Source: an uncultured Acidobacteriota bacterium
Lineage (GTDB): Bacteria > Acidobacteriota > Vicinamibacteria > Vicinamibacterales > CAVVIG01
NCBI GenBank assembly: GCA_963718825.1
Contig: CAVQZZ010000002.1
Coordinates: forward strand, 414,813-478,812
Direction: 5' to 3'
DNA length: 64,000 nt
In this document: piece after piece, positions 20,145-29,778 of the stretch
Layout: each line of letters starts with the position of its first letter
Position numbering within the stretch: the stretch's first letter is position 1
The notes under the pieces: model-generated
What the model was told of the DNA's origin: nothing
Database searches by the model: none
The model's input: the letters and a program-made list of their open reading frames with translations, nothing else
Translations under genes and position numbers: made by a program

Positions 20145-20786
20145 GACTTCCTCCATCACATCGCCAACGACTTCCTCCACCGACTTTCCGGTCGTGTCGA
20201 CGACGATCGCGTCGGCGGCCGCGTACAGAGGTGACGCGGTTCGCGTCCGATCCTGTTGGTCGCGCTCGGTCAGGAGCGTGGCGACGTCCGACACGGCGGC
20301 GGGAACGCCGCTGTGGGCCGGATCGATCGCACGGCGTCGGGCGCGCTCCTCTGGCGACGCGTCGAGATAGATTTTGACGTCGGCGCGCGGAAACACGACG
20401 GTGCCGATGTCGCGCCCTTCCATCACGACCCCTCCGTCGCTCCCCAGCTCCCGCTGACGCTCGACGAGCACCGCGCGCACCTTCGGCAGCCGCGCGACCG
20501 CTGCCGCCGCCCTGTCGATTTCAGGCGTCCGTATCGCGCGCGTCACGTCCACGCTGTCGATCGCGACGCTCGTGTCCTGGATATTGATTCGCGAGTCGCG
20601 CGCGAGTTCGGCGACGGCATCCTGGTCGTCGAGCGGGACGCCGTGTCGAAGGGCCTTCCAGCCCACCGCGCGATACATCGCCCCGCTGTCGATGTGCCGG
20701 TACCCGAGCGCTCCCGCGATCGCGCGCGCAACGGTGCCTTTGCCGGCCCCCGATGGACCATCAATCGCGATGATGAGGCGCTTCAT
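20142..20786 (-). CDS. cmk: Cytidylate kinase
   Basis: MKRLIIAIDGPSGAGKGTVARAIA (P-loop), HIDSGAMYRA, GRDIGTVVFP. Start taken at the internal ATG of ORF 20142-21008. Confidence 0.93.
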   Translation of the reverse strand: MKRLIIAIDGPSGAGKGTVARAIAGALGYRHIDSGAMYRAVGWKALRHGVPLDDQDAVAELARDSRINIQDTSVAIDSVDVTRAIRTPEIDRAAAAVARLPKVRAVLVERQRELGSDGGVVMEGRDIGTVVFPRADVKIYLDASPEERARRRAIDPAHSGVPAAVSDVATLLTERDQQDRTRTASPLYAAADAIVVDTTGKSVEEVVGDVMEEV

Positions 20787-20810
20787 GCCGCACTGGCCCA
20801 AAAGAGTAAC

Positions 20811-21533
20811 ATGCGGTCGAGCATGGAACGCCTGCAGAAAATCCTGTCCCAGGCGGGCATCGCGTCGCGGCGCGCGAGCGAAGCGCTGATGCTGCAAGGG
20901 CGCGTCAGCGTCAACGGGATCACGGTCCGTGAGCTTGGGACGAAGGCCGACGCCGCGCGCGACGACATCCGTGTGGACGGCCGTCGCGTGAAGATCGCGG
21001 AGCATCATCGCTACCTGCTCCTGAACAAACCCCGCGGTTACGTCACCACACGGTCCGATCCGGAGCGGCGGCCGACCGTCATCGATCTGCTGAGAGGCGT
21101 CCGGGAATACGTGTATCCGGTCGGGCGGCTCGACTTCGACTCCGAAGGGTTACTGATTCTCACCAACGACGGCGACCTCGCGGCGCGTCTCACGCATCCG
21201 AGCCACGAAATTCCCCGCGTCTATGAGGTCCAGGTTCTCGGCGTGCCCGACGATCGCGACCTCGAGCGCCTTCGGCGCGGCATCGTGCTCGAAGGGCGGC
21301 GCACGCAGCCGGCCGACATCCGCGTGGTGAAGCCGGGCTTGCTCCTCATCACGATCCGCGAAGGACGCAACCGACAGGTGCGGAAGATGTGCGAGGCGAT
21401 CGGCCACCCGGTCGATCACCTGAAACGGATCGCGATCGGCCCGCTGAAGGATGCGCGCCTGAAGCCGGGATTCTGGCGAGACCTCACGCCCGAGGAAGTC
21501 AGAAAGCTGCAACGGGCTGCGGAGGAGAAATGA
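20811..21533 (+). CDS. rluB: Pseudouridine synthase, RsuA/RluB family with S4 domain
   Basis: S4 domain LQKILSQAGIASRRASEALMLQGRVSVNG. Catalytic motif YPVGRLDFDSEGLLILTNDG. Only the C-terminal 240 aa of ORF 20256-21533 is used. Confidence 0.9.
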   Translation: MRSSMERLQKILSQAGIASRRASEALMLQGRVSVNGITVRELGTKADAARDDIRVDGRRVKIAEHHRYLLLNKPRGYVTTRSDPERRPTVIDLLRGVREYVYPVGRLDFDSEGLLILTNDGDLAARLTHPSHEIPRVYEVQVLGVPDDRDLERLRRGIVLEGRRTQPADIRVVKPGLLLITIREGRNRQVRKMCEAIGHPVDHLKRIAIGPLKDARLKPGFWRDLTPEEVRKLQRAAEEK

Positions 21534-21543
21534 AGAAGTTAGA

Positions 21544-22239
21544 TTAGTGCACCGAAGTGTTCCCTGAAGAATCGGGCTCCTCGAGCGGCAGCATCTCCTC
21601 CGGCGGGTTCCGCTCGACGAGGAGCGGCGCTTCGAGGCCGAGCGCCTCGCTCATGTCCTCCACTTTCGGCAGGTCGTTCAAATCGTTCAACCCGAACCGA
21701 ATCAGGAATTCCTTGGTCGTCGCGTACATGAACGGCCGGCCGACGACCTGTTTCCGGCCGACAATCTTCACGAGGTGCCGCTCGAGAAGCGTGTTGAGCA
21801 CGCCTGACGTGTTCACGCCGCGGATTTCGGTGATCTCGAGCGCCGTCACCGGCTGCCGGTAGGCGATCACCGCCAAGGTTTCGAGCGCCGCCACCGACAG
21901 CTTCTGCGTGGTTCGCTCGTTGAACAGCCGGCGCACCCACTCGTGCAGATCGGGACGCGTCACGATTTGATAGCCGCCGGCCACCTCGACGAGCTGCAGC
22001 CCGCCGGGCCGCTCGTAGTCCTGCGCGAGCTCGCGGAGCGCCGCCTGGATGTCTTCCTTGGTCTCGCCGTCGAGCAGTTTGTAGATCGCTTTCGGCGTGA
22101 GCGGTTCGGGCGAGGCAAAGATCAGCGCTTCGAGAATCGCCTTCAGCTCCGCCGCCGGACGCTTCGGCATTTCCTCGGCCGCTTCGATCGCCTTCGAGGC
22201 TTCCATCGCTTCGTCGTTTACGAGATCGTCGTCATTCAT
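21544..22239 (-). CDS. scpB: Segregation and condensation protein B
   Basis: ILEALIFASPEPLTPKAI...GGYQIVTRP...SVAALETLAVIAYRQPVTALEITEIRGV. Overlaps the scpA stop by 8 nt. Confidence 0.9.
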   Translation of the reverse strand: MNDDDLVNDEAMEASKAIEAAEEMPKRPAAELKAILEALIFASPEPLTPKAIYKLLDGETKEDIQAALRELAQDYERPGGLQLVEVAGGYQIVTRPDLHEWVRRLFNERTTQKLSVAALETLAVIAYRQPVTALEITEIRGVNTSGVLNTLLERHLVKIVGRKQVVGRPFMYATTKEFLIRFGLNDLNDLPKVEDMSEALGLEAPLLVERNPPEEMLPLEEPDSSGNTSVH

Positions 22240-23035
22240 GATGCGTTTGCGGATCGCCGATGGGGTGAGGAGCGTCCGCGGGCCGTGCGCGCTTGTACAC
22301 GCGGATCGGCCCGAATGAACCGGACTGGAATACCCGCACGAGCTTCAGTCGAATCATTTCGAGGAGCGCGAGAAACGTGACGATCAATCCGCCGCGATCG
22401 CCGGCGTCCGCAAAGAGGTCCTCGAATCCACACGCTTCCGTTTCCGACAGCCGCGCGAGCAACTGGTCGATGCGGACTTCGACCGGCATCTGCTCCGGCG
22501 GCAGCAGCACTTTTGGCCGCTGCTTGAACCGCTGCAGCACCGATTGGAAGGCGTTCATCAGGCTGAACAGATCGACCTCGAGTTCCGGCTCGTAGTCATC
22601 GCCCGCCATCTCGGCTACGCGTTCGTCGGGCCGCTGCCACTGGGCCGACCGCACCTGCTCGCGCTCGTGCAGCAGTTCGGCCGCGGCTTTGAATTTCTGG
22701 TGCTCCAGCAACCGGCGCACGAGCGCGTCGCGCGGATCTTCCTCGTCGCCTTCGACGCCGGCCGCCGTTTCCGGCCGGGGCAGAAGCATCTTGGACTTGA
22801 TGTGAATCAGCGTCGCGGCCATCACGATGAATTCGCCGGCGACGTCTAGATTGAGCTCCTGCATGAGCTCGATCGCGGCCAGGTACTGCTGGGTGATTAA
22901 CGCGATAGGAATGTCGTGGACGTTGACCTCATTCGTCTTGATGAGGTGCAGCAATAGATCCAGTGGACCCTCGAAGTTCGTGAGCCTCACCGGGAACGCG
23001 TCGACGGCGGATTCGAAGTCGGATTGGTGTTCCAA
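22232..23035 (-). CDS. scpA: Segregation and condensation protein A
   Basis: FEGPLDLLLHLIKTNEVNVHDIPIALITQQYL...LIVTFLALLEMIRLKLVRVFQ. Confidence 0.9.
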   Translation of the reverse strand: MEHQSDFESAVDAFPVRLTNFEGPLDLLLHLIKTNEVNVHDIPIALITQQYLAAIELMQELNLDVAGEFIVMAATLIHIKSKMLLPRPETAAGVEGDEEDPRDALVRRLLEHQKFKAAAELLHEREQVRSAQWQRPDERVAEMAGDDYEPELEVDLFSLMNAFQSVLQRFKQRPKVLLPPEQMPVEVRIDQLLARLSETEACGFEDLFADAGDRGGLIVTFLALLEMIRLKLVRVFQSGSFGPIRVYKRARPADAPHPIGDPQTHHE

Positions 23036-23050
23036 CGATTACAACCTAGT

Positions 23051-24052
23051 CTACTTGTAAGAAATCCGCATCGCGTCCCGCACTCGCGTCATCGTCTCGC
23101 TCGCCTCGCGGCGCGCCCGCCGCGATCCATCGAACAGAATCTCCTTCAGCCGGTCGGGCTCGGCGAGGACCGCCGCGCGCCGCTCGCGAATCGGATCGAG
23201 CCGGGCATTCAGCGCGTTCGCGAGCTTCGTCTTTACCTCGACGTCGCCAACCTTCCCAGCTCGGTAGCGGCTTTTCAGGTCCTCGACTTCTGCGACGTTG
23301 TCGTTGAAGGCGTCGTGATAGATGAACACCGGGTTGCCTTCGACGGTGCCCGGGATGTCGGCACGGACGCGCTTGGGATCCGTGTACATCCGCATGACTT
23401 TCTTTTTGACGTCGTCCGCGGAATCTGACAGGTGAATCGTGTTCCCGAGGCTCTTGCTCATTTTCTTGTCGCCGTCGAGCCCGGGCAGCCGCCCAAACGG
23501 GGTCAGCAGCGGCTGCGGCTCGACGAGCACGTCCCCGAAGAACTTATTGAAGCGCCGCACGACCTCGCGAGCCAGCTCGAGATGCGCGACTTGATCCTCG
23601 CCGACCGGCACGAAGCGCGCGCCATACATCGCCACGTCGGCGGTTTGCAGCAATGGATATCCGAGAAAGCCGATCGCCGAGAGATCTTTGTCTTTCAGGT
23701 TGTCCTGCTGCTCTTTGTAGGTCGGCACCCGCTCGAGCCAGGGTACCGGAACGACCATCGATAGCAGCAGGTACAACTCCGCGTGCTCGGGGACGAGCGA
23801 CTGGACGAACAGGGTGCTCTTCTCCGGATCGAGCCCCGCGGCAATCCAATCGGCGACGTTGTCGTAGACGTACGAGGTGAGCTGACTCGTGTCGGCAAAA
23901 TCGCTCGTGAGCGCGTGCCAGTCAGCGACGAAGTAGAAGCAGTCGTACTGCGATTGAAGCGCCACCCAGTTGCCGAGCGCGCCGACCAGATGTCCGAGAT
24001 GCAGGCGGCCCGTCGGCCGCATGCCCGAGACGACGCGGGCTCTAGCCGTCAC
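23051..24052 (-). CDS. trpS: Tryptophanyl-tRNA synthetase; GTG start overlapping the upstream stop
   Basis: SGMRPTGRLHLGHLVGAL (HIGH-type), KKMSKSLGN (KMSKS). It is the in-frame C-terminal third of ORF 23051-24697. GTG at 24052 overlaps TGA of the M50 gene (GTGA). Confidence 0.92.
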   Translation of the reverse strand: MTARARVVSGMRPTGRLHLGHLVGALGNWVALQSQYDCFYFVADWHALTSDFADTSQLTSYVYDNVADWIAAGLDPEKSTLFVQSLVPEHAELYLLLSMVVPVPWLERVPTYKEQQDNLKDKDLSAIGFLGYPLLQTADVAMYGARFVPVGEDQVAHLELAREVVRRFNKFFGDVLVEPQPLLTPFGRLPGLDGDKKMSKSLGNTIHLSDSADDVKKKVMRMYTDPKRVRADIPGTVEGNPVFIYHDAFNDNVAEVEDLKSRYRAGKVGDVEVKTKLANALNARLDPIRERRAAVLAEPDRLKEILFDGSRRARREASETMTRVRDAMRISYK

Positions 24053-24697
24053 TTCGCCGGCAGCCAGGAGACGAGCAGGTTGTACGGCGGCAGAATCAGG
24101 TACTCGAGCTTGCCGGTGAACATGAGGACGTAGAGCAGCAGGAAGCCATACGGCCGCACCAGATCGAATTGCCGCGCGATGCCGCGCGGCAGCAGGCCCG
24201 CGAGCACGTTGCCGCCATCGAGCGGCGGAATGGGAACCATGTTGAAGACGGCCAACAGCACGTTGATCCGCATCGCGAGGCTCAGAGTCGAGGCGAGCGG
24301 CGCGGACACGTTCGGCTCGCCGATCGTCACCGGCGACACCGGCATGATCATCAACGCGAGCGCCGAAACAACCGCGAGCGCCAGATTGCTCGTCGGACCC
24401 GCCGCCGCGACGAGCACGTAGTCGCGCCGCGGATGCCGCAGCTGCCGCACGTTCACGGGCACCGGCTTCGCCCATCCGATGAGCGGGATGTTGCTGACCG
24501 CGGCAATCAGCGGGAAACACGATCGTGCCGATGAGATCGGCGTGCACGAGCGGGTTGAGCGAGACCCGGCCGAGCAGGCGCGCGGTCGGATCGCCGAGCT
24601 GATCGGCCGTCCACGCGTGCGCCATCTCGTGGATCGTCAGCGAGAACAGCAGCACGGTAAATGCGATGAAAACCTGAGCGAAGTTGATATCCGGCAA
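24049..24697 (-). CDS. Site-2 protease family (peptidase M50) membrane metalloprotease; frame break near 24513
   Basis: N-terminus FSLTIHEMAHAWTA (HExxH) in ORF 23051-24697. Continuation PLIAAVSNIPLIGWAKPVPVNVRQL...NMVPIPPLDGG in ORF 24049-24462. Extra C in a CCC run. Confidence 0.85.
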
Positions 24698-24708
24698 GGA
24701 GTAAGAGG

Positions 24709-26620
24709 TTAAGGCCGGCTCGCGAAAAACGCAAGAACGGCATCGGCCGTTTTTGCGCCGACGGCGGCCGCAAGCTCTTCGCGCGTCGCGCGGCGCACGC
24801 CGGCCAGACTGCCGAACGTCGTGAGCAGCGTGCGGCGCCGGCGCGGACCAATGCCAGGCACGTGATCCAACTCCGAGCGAAGATCGCGGATCGTCCGCGC
24901 CTTGCGGTGAAACGTGACCGCGAAGCGGTGTGCTTCGTCGCGAATGCGCTGAATGAGGAGGAGCGCCGGATCGGTCGCGCTGAGCGCGATCGGATCCATG
25001 TTGTCGCGCGTGAAGATCAGCTCTTCCTTCTTCGCGATTCCGATCGCCATGAGGTTGGCGAGTCCGAGTTCCTCGAGCGCGGCGTACGCAGCCGAGAGCT
25101 GTCCCTTGCCGCCGTCGATCAACACGAGATCGGGAAACGGACCGCCCTGCTCGAGCAATTTGCGATAGCGCCGCAACACGACCTCATGCATGGCGGCGAA
25201 GTCGTTATTCACTGGCGGCGGGGCCCCACCCCCGCCGCGAACTGACGCCGACGCGTCGTCTCGGATGGCCATGTCCTCGACGCCGCGTGGCCGCAGGCGC
25301 TGAGTATCGGTTCCAGTTCCGCCTCTAATCCGGAATTTTCGGTACTCGCTGCGGCGCATGCGGCCGTCTTCGCACACCACCATCGACGCGACGGTCTCGC
25401 TGCCCTGGATCGTCGAGATGTCGAAGCATTCGATCCGTCGCGGGATCGCGGAGAGAGCCAAGACCGCCTGCAGCGTCTCGAGCGCGTCGTACTGCGCAGC
25501 GGTCGTCTGGTTGAAGCGCGTCTGATACGCGAGCGCCGCGTTGCGGTTGGCCAGCTCCACCATCGATCGCTTGTCGCCGCGCTGCGGCACGAGGATTCTG
25601 ACCTTGCGGCCGGCGCGCTCCGATAGCCAGCTTTCCAGCGCATCGCGGTCGACCGGCTCCGAAGGCACGTGTATCTCTGGCGGCGCGACTCGAAGCTCGT
25701 AGAACTGCTGCAGCGCGGCTTCGAGCACCTCGCCCTCGCTGGACCCGACGATGGCGTCCTCTGTCCCGAGCTCGACGCGCTCGACGACGCGGCCGCTCCG
25801 GACCTCGAAGATCTGGATGACGACGCCGCCGGGGCCGAGCTTGAGGCCGAAGACATCGCGATGGCCGAGCGCCGCCGTCGCCATCTTCTGCTGACGATCG
25901 TGCAGCGCCTGGACGGTCCGCATCGCGTCGCGCGCCTGCGCGGCTTCTTCGAATCGCTCGCCGGCGGCGGCATCCAGCATCCGGCCGCGCAGCGTCTTGA
26001 TCAGCTCGTCGTTCTTCCCTTCGAGAAACAGCTGCGTCGTTTTCACCGCGCGCCCGTAGTCCTCGGGCGAGCACATCGCTTTCAACGCACGGCGCGATGC
26101 AGCGTTTGATGTCGTACTCGAGGCACGGCCGCCCGCGTTTTCCCGTGATGACCTCGTTGCACGATCGCATGCCGAACAGCCGATGCGTCAGCGCCATCGT
26201 CCGGCGCGCGAAGTGCGCCGGGAGGAACGGGCCGGCGTAGAAGCTGCCGTCGCGTTCGACGCCTCTTGCCACGAGCACGCGCGGAAACGGCTCGTTGGTG
26301 GTGAGCTGCAGATACGGGTAGTTCTTGTCGTCGCGCAGCAGGATGTTGTACTTCGGCGTGCGCTGCTTGATGAGATTGTTTTCGAGCGCGAGCGCTTCGA
26401 CCACCGAATCGGTGACGATCACCTCGACCCGTGCGACCTCCTCGAGGAGCGCATCCGTCTTCGCGTCGCCGCCGTAGGCGCCAAGGTAATTGCGCACGCG
26501 GTCGCGGAGCGAGCGGGCTTTGCCTACGTAGATCGTCTCCCCACGCGCGTTCGAGTACAGATACACCCCGGGCTGCTCCGGCAGTCGTGCAATCTGCTCC
26601 TTGAGTTCGTGGATGGCCAT
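24709..26620 (-). CDS. uvrC: Excinuclease ABC subunit C; frame break near 26090 and an in-frame ~39-codon repeat-element insertion
   Basis: GIY-YIG N-terminus PGVYLYSNARGETIYVGKARSLRDRV (ORF 25325-26620). UVR domain, RNase-H-like and HhH C-terminus (ORF 24709-26085). Confidence 0.93.
25207..25325. repeat. Dispersed hairpin-repeat element, type A, lying inside the uvrC reading frame
   Basis: 25213-25251 TGGCGGCGGGGCCCCACCCCCGCCGCGAACTGACGCCGA is identical to 15087-15125. GGCCGCAGGCGC is also shared. Corresponds to the extra UvrC peptide GTGTDTQRLRPRGVEDMAIRDDASASVRGGGGAPPPV. Confidence 0.75.
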
Positions 26621-26646
26621 ACGCTACTATGTCGCGTCTTTAGTCG

Positions 26647-27558
26647 GTGCCTGAACCCTCCATTATACGTCACGTCGTGCCCACACACGCGCGCGCCGCG
26701 GCCTCCGCACCCAACACCAGCAACGGCGCCACCAATGGTGCACCGCACGATGCCGGAGCGCCGCGTCCGAAGCTGACGGTCACGGGCGCCATCGGGGCGG
26801 TGTGCATGTACCCGCTGCGCGCCATCATCAACGTATGCGTCGCGCTGCGGATTCATCCGAACACGTTGACGCTGATCGGCGTGCTCGTCAACGTCGCCGC
26901 CGCCTGGGCGCTCGGGTACGGACACTTCGTCCTGGCGGGCGTCATCATGATCGTCGCGAACATCTTCGATTTCATCGATGGGAAGGTCGCGCATATTCTT
27001 CAGCTGCAATCGCGCTTCGGCGCCTTCTGGGACTCCACGCTCGACCGCTTCTCCGATCTCGCGCTGCTCACCGGCCTCATTTTTCTGTACTCGCGCCTCG
27101 GGCGCAGCGACTACGTGCTGATCGCCGCGCTGACCCTCATTTTTTCGATCATGACGAGCTACGCGCGTGCGCGCGCCGAGTCCCTCGTCGAGCGCTGCAA
27201 GGTCGGCTTCATGGAGCGGCCGGAGCGGATCGTGCTCTTCATGATCGGGGCGTTCACGAACAGAATGGCCGGCGTGCTCTGGGTGATTCTCGCGCTGTCC
27301 ATCCTGGCGGTCGCCGACAGGATCTATTACACGTACCTCGCGCTGAACGCGTTGCCGATGCCCTCGAGGCAGGGTTGGAGAGGCACCCTCAACCGCGCGT
27401 TCTTCTGGACCGACGAACGCGCGACGCTGCCCTACGATCTGTGGGTGATTGCCATTCTGGCGTTCGTCTGGCTGACGCCGCCCGCCTGGCTGGGCGATCC
27501 GATGGCCCACGATGCCGGAGTGGTCGCCTGGCTCGCGCGGCTCGCCGCCGGGAGCTAG
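26647..27558 (+). CDS. CDP-alcohol phosphatidyltransferase family protein; start uncertain
   Basis: Motif DFIDGKVAHILQLQSRFGAFWDSTLDRFSD (D-x2-D-G ... D-x3-D) in a multi-pass membrane protein. Confidence 0.85.
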   Translation: MPEPSIIRHVVPTHARAAASAPNTSNGATNGAPHDAGAPRPKLTVTGAIGAVCMYPLRAIINVCVALRIHPNTLTLIGVLVNVAAAWALGYGHFVLAGVIMIVANIFDFIDGKVAHILQLQSRFGAFWDSTLDRFSDLALLTGLIFLYSRLGRSDYVLIAALTLIFSIMTSYARARAESLVERCKVGFMERPERIVLFMIGAFTNRMAGVLWVILALSILAVADRIYYTYLALNALPMPSRQGWRGTLNRAFFWTDERATLPYDLWVIAILAFVWLTPPAWLGDPMAHDAGVVAWLARLAAGS

Positions 27559-27561
27559 CGT

Positions 27562-28422
27562 CTAAGCGCGTTTCCGCTTTGCGGCGGAGGGCTTCGCGGC
27601 CGCAGCCGGCTTTGTCGCCGCAGCTTTCGCGGCCTTCTTCTTCCCGGTGCTCACGGCGTCGAGGCTCTTCTTGAGCGCGTCCATGAGGTTCACGACCCGC
27701 GGCGGCGCCTCCACGCTCGGCGCGACGATTTCTTCGCCCGCGATCTTGGATTCGATGATCCGCTGCAGGCCTTCCTGGTATTCGTCCCGGTAAGTCGACA
27801 AGTCCAGCGGCCCTTCGAAGGTTTCGATCACCTGCTTCGCCAGCTTGATTTCCTCAGGCCGGACCGTCGACGCGACGGCCCGCAGTTCCTCGACGGCATC
27901 CATGCTGCGGATCTCCGCCGCATGGTGAAGCGTGTACATGACGATGCCGCGGTCCTGCGGTTTCACCGCCACGAGATACTCGCGGCCGTACAGCGCAAGC
28001 TTGCCGATGCCGACCTTTCCCTTCATGCCGTCGCGCATCACCGCGAACGCATCCGCCGCCATCGTACCGTCCGGCGCCAGGTAATACGCGCGGTCCACAT
28101 AGATCGGGTCAACTGAAGATTCGTCCGCGAACTGCACGAGATCGATCACGCGGGTCGACTCAGGACGCACCTTGTCGAAGTCGTCCTCCGACACGACGAC
28201 GTAGCGTCCCTTTTCGAATTCGTAGCCTTTGACGATCTCGGAATTCGGCACCTCACGGTTGCAGTGCTCGCACCAGCGCTTCTGACGGATGCGCGTCTGG
28301 CACTCCGCATGGAGCTGATTGAACGAGATCGTGCCGCTCGATTCAGTCGCCGGGAACACCTTGACCGGGATGTTCACCAGGCTGATCTTCAGAAACCCTT
28401 TCCACGTCGCGCGTGCAACCAT
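27562..28422 (-). CDS. ku: Ku protein (bacterial non-homologous end joining)
   Basis: RATWKGFLKISLVNIPVKVFPATE...KGYEFEKGRYVVVSEDDF...IYVDRAYYLAPDG, plus Lys/Ala-rich C-terminal tail. Confidence 0.93.
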   Translation of the reverse strand: MVARATWKGFLKISLVNIPVKVFPATESSGTISFNQLHAECQTRIRQKRWCEHCNREVPNSEIVKGYEFEKGRYVVVSEDDFDKVRPESTRVIDLVQFADESSVDPIYVDRAYYLAPDGTMAADAFAVMRDGMKGKVGIGKLALYGREYLVAVKPQDRGIVMYTLHHAAEIRSMDAVEELRAVASTVRPEEIKLAKQVIETFEGPLDLSTYRDEYQEGLQRIIESKIAGEEIVAPSVEAPPRVVNLMDALKKSLDAVSTGKKKAAKAAATKPAAAAKPSAAKRKRA

Positions 28423-28423
28423 A

Positions 28424-28470
28424 GTAGTCCTCAGTGCTCAGTCGTCGGTCTTCGTCAGAGTCGTTCGTCC
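28424..28470. repeat. Heptad array (AGTNNTC-type), proximal arm in the Ku leader
   Basis: agtcctc agtgctc agtcgtc ggtcttc gtcagag. On the minus strand this is GAGGACT-type units ending GAGGACTACT-ATG(ku). Confidence 0.7.
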
Positions 28471-28527
28471 GGCGCCTGTGAGCCGGCTCGCGGTCAGTCG
28501 ATCCATATCGGCACTCGGGGGCTGTTC

Positions 28528-28585
28528 AGTCGAGAAATGAGAACTGAGAACTGAGACCGAGGACTGCAGACTGACGGCGACTGTC
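28528..28585. repeat. Heptad array (NACTGAG-type), distal arm, inverted relative to 28424-28470
   Basis: aaatgag aactgag aactgag accgagg actgcag actgacg gcgactg. Reverse complement gives AGTTCTC/AGTCCTC units matching the proximal arm. Confidence 0.7.
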
Positions 28586-29137
28586 ACGCTTCGTCCCGCT
28601 CATCATGCTCGCCTAGGTCCAGGCCCGTTCCGGTGAAATGAATCGCGCGCTCGCCGATTTTGTCGCGCAGCAGCGCGGCGCGCCGCGCCGTATTTGTCCC
28701 CGGGCACTGTGAGACGACGTGCAATATTGCGCAGCCGCGAGATGACGACGAGCGTGACGTCGTGCTCGCTCTCCCGCCAACTGATGCCGCCGACCTCGTT
28801 GTACGGGATGAACGCCGTATCGGCCCAGACGCCGTCGTCGTAAAAGCCGCGCTGGATACGCCAGCTGAGCGGCAGCGCCAGCGCGTAGGTACACGAACAT
28901 CATCGTCTCGCCGAATGCCTGCTGGTGTGAGTACAGCACCTTGAAGAGCACCAGCAACCCGAGCGCCGCGCCGATGGCCAGCATCATGACGTGATTGGCC
29001 GGTTTGCGGCTCGCCCACGTGAGGAGCGCCGTGTTGCGGCGCCGCATGAAACGCACGTACTCGATCAGCACTTTCATGGTGGCGCCCAGAAAGCAAACGC
29101 CGAGGAGGACGAGAAATGTCGTGAGCGCGTTGAACAC
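28584..29137 (-). CDS. Hypothetical small membrane protein; about two frame breaks, boundaries tentative
   Basis: GTG 29137 then FNALTTFLVLLGVCFLGATMKVLIEYVRFMRRRN...MMLAIGAALGLLVLF (two TM helices). Continues in other frames as YALALPLSWRIQRGFYDDGVWADTAFIPYNEVGGISWRESEHDVTLVVISRL. Confidence 0.45.
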
Positions 29138-29148
29138 GGGGACGCCCG

Positions 29149-29733
29149 CTACGTCTGTTCGACGGCGGCCAGCATCGGATCGAAGCAGTGCCGGCAGCGC
29201 GCCTCGTACAGGCCGCTCGCTCCTACGAGAACGCGATCGCTGTTCGCGACGAGCCGCTGCGTGTGGTTCGCCGGCTCGCCGCAGATCACGCAGATTGCGA
29301 GCGTCTTCGTGATGTATTCGGCGATCGCGAGCAGCTGCGGCATCGGCTCGAACGGCCGGCCGAGATAGTCCTGATCGAGTCCGGCGACAATCACCCGCCG
29401 ACCCGAATCCGCCAGCGTGTTGCACGCCGCCGGCAGGTGGAGATCGAAAAACTGCCCCTCGTCGATGCCGACCACTTCCGTGTCGTCCGCGACCTGCAGA
29501 ATCAGCTGGTCGGAATTGCGGACGTTCTGCGATGCGATGCGCATGTCGCTGTGCGACACGATGTGGTCGTCGCTGTAGCGATCATCGAGAACGGGCTTGA
29601 AGATCTGAACCTTCTGGCGGGCAATCTGCGCGCGGCGAAGACGGCGGATCAGCTCCTCGCTTTTTCCGCTGAACATGCTGCCGGTGATGACTTCGATCCA
29701 GCCGTGGTGCGGTTGGCTGCGAATGACGTCCAT
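29149..29733 (-). CDS. tdk: Thymidine kinase
   Basis: P-loop [19 protein letters not shown], zinc-ribbon cysteines CVICGEPA...CRHC. Confidence 0.95.
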   Translation of the reverse strand: MDVIRSQPHHGWIEVITGSMFSGKSEELIRRLRRAQIARQKVQIFKPVLDDRYSDDHIVSHSDMRIASQNVRNSDQLILQVADDTEVVGIDEGQFFDLHLPAACNTLADSGRRVIVAGLDQDYLGRPFEPMPQLLAIAEYITKTLAICVICGEPANHTQRLVANSDRVLVGASGLYEARCRHCFDPMLAAVEQT

Positions 29734-29778
29734 CGGTCTACCGTTTGAAACCTCGGCGAGCCGTCGAGCCCGCGATCG

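Noticed and set aside
20256-20810. N-terminal 185 aa of the 425-aa ORF 20256-21533, overlapping cmk on the opposite strand.
   Set aside because: Only the part from MRSSMERLQKIL (20811) matches pseudouridine synthases. The upstream extension is antisense to the well-supported cmk gene.
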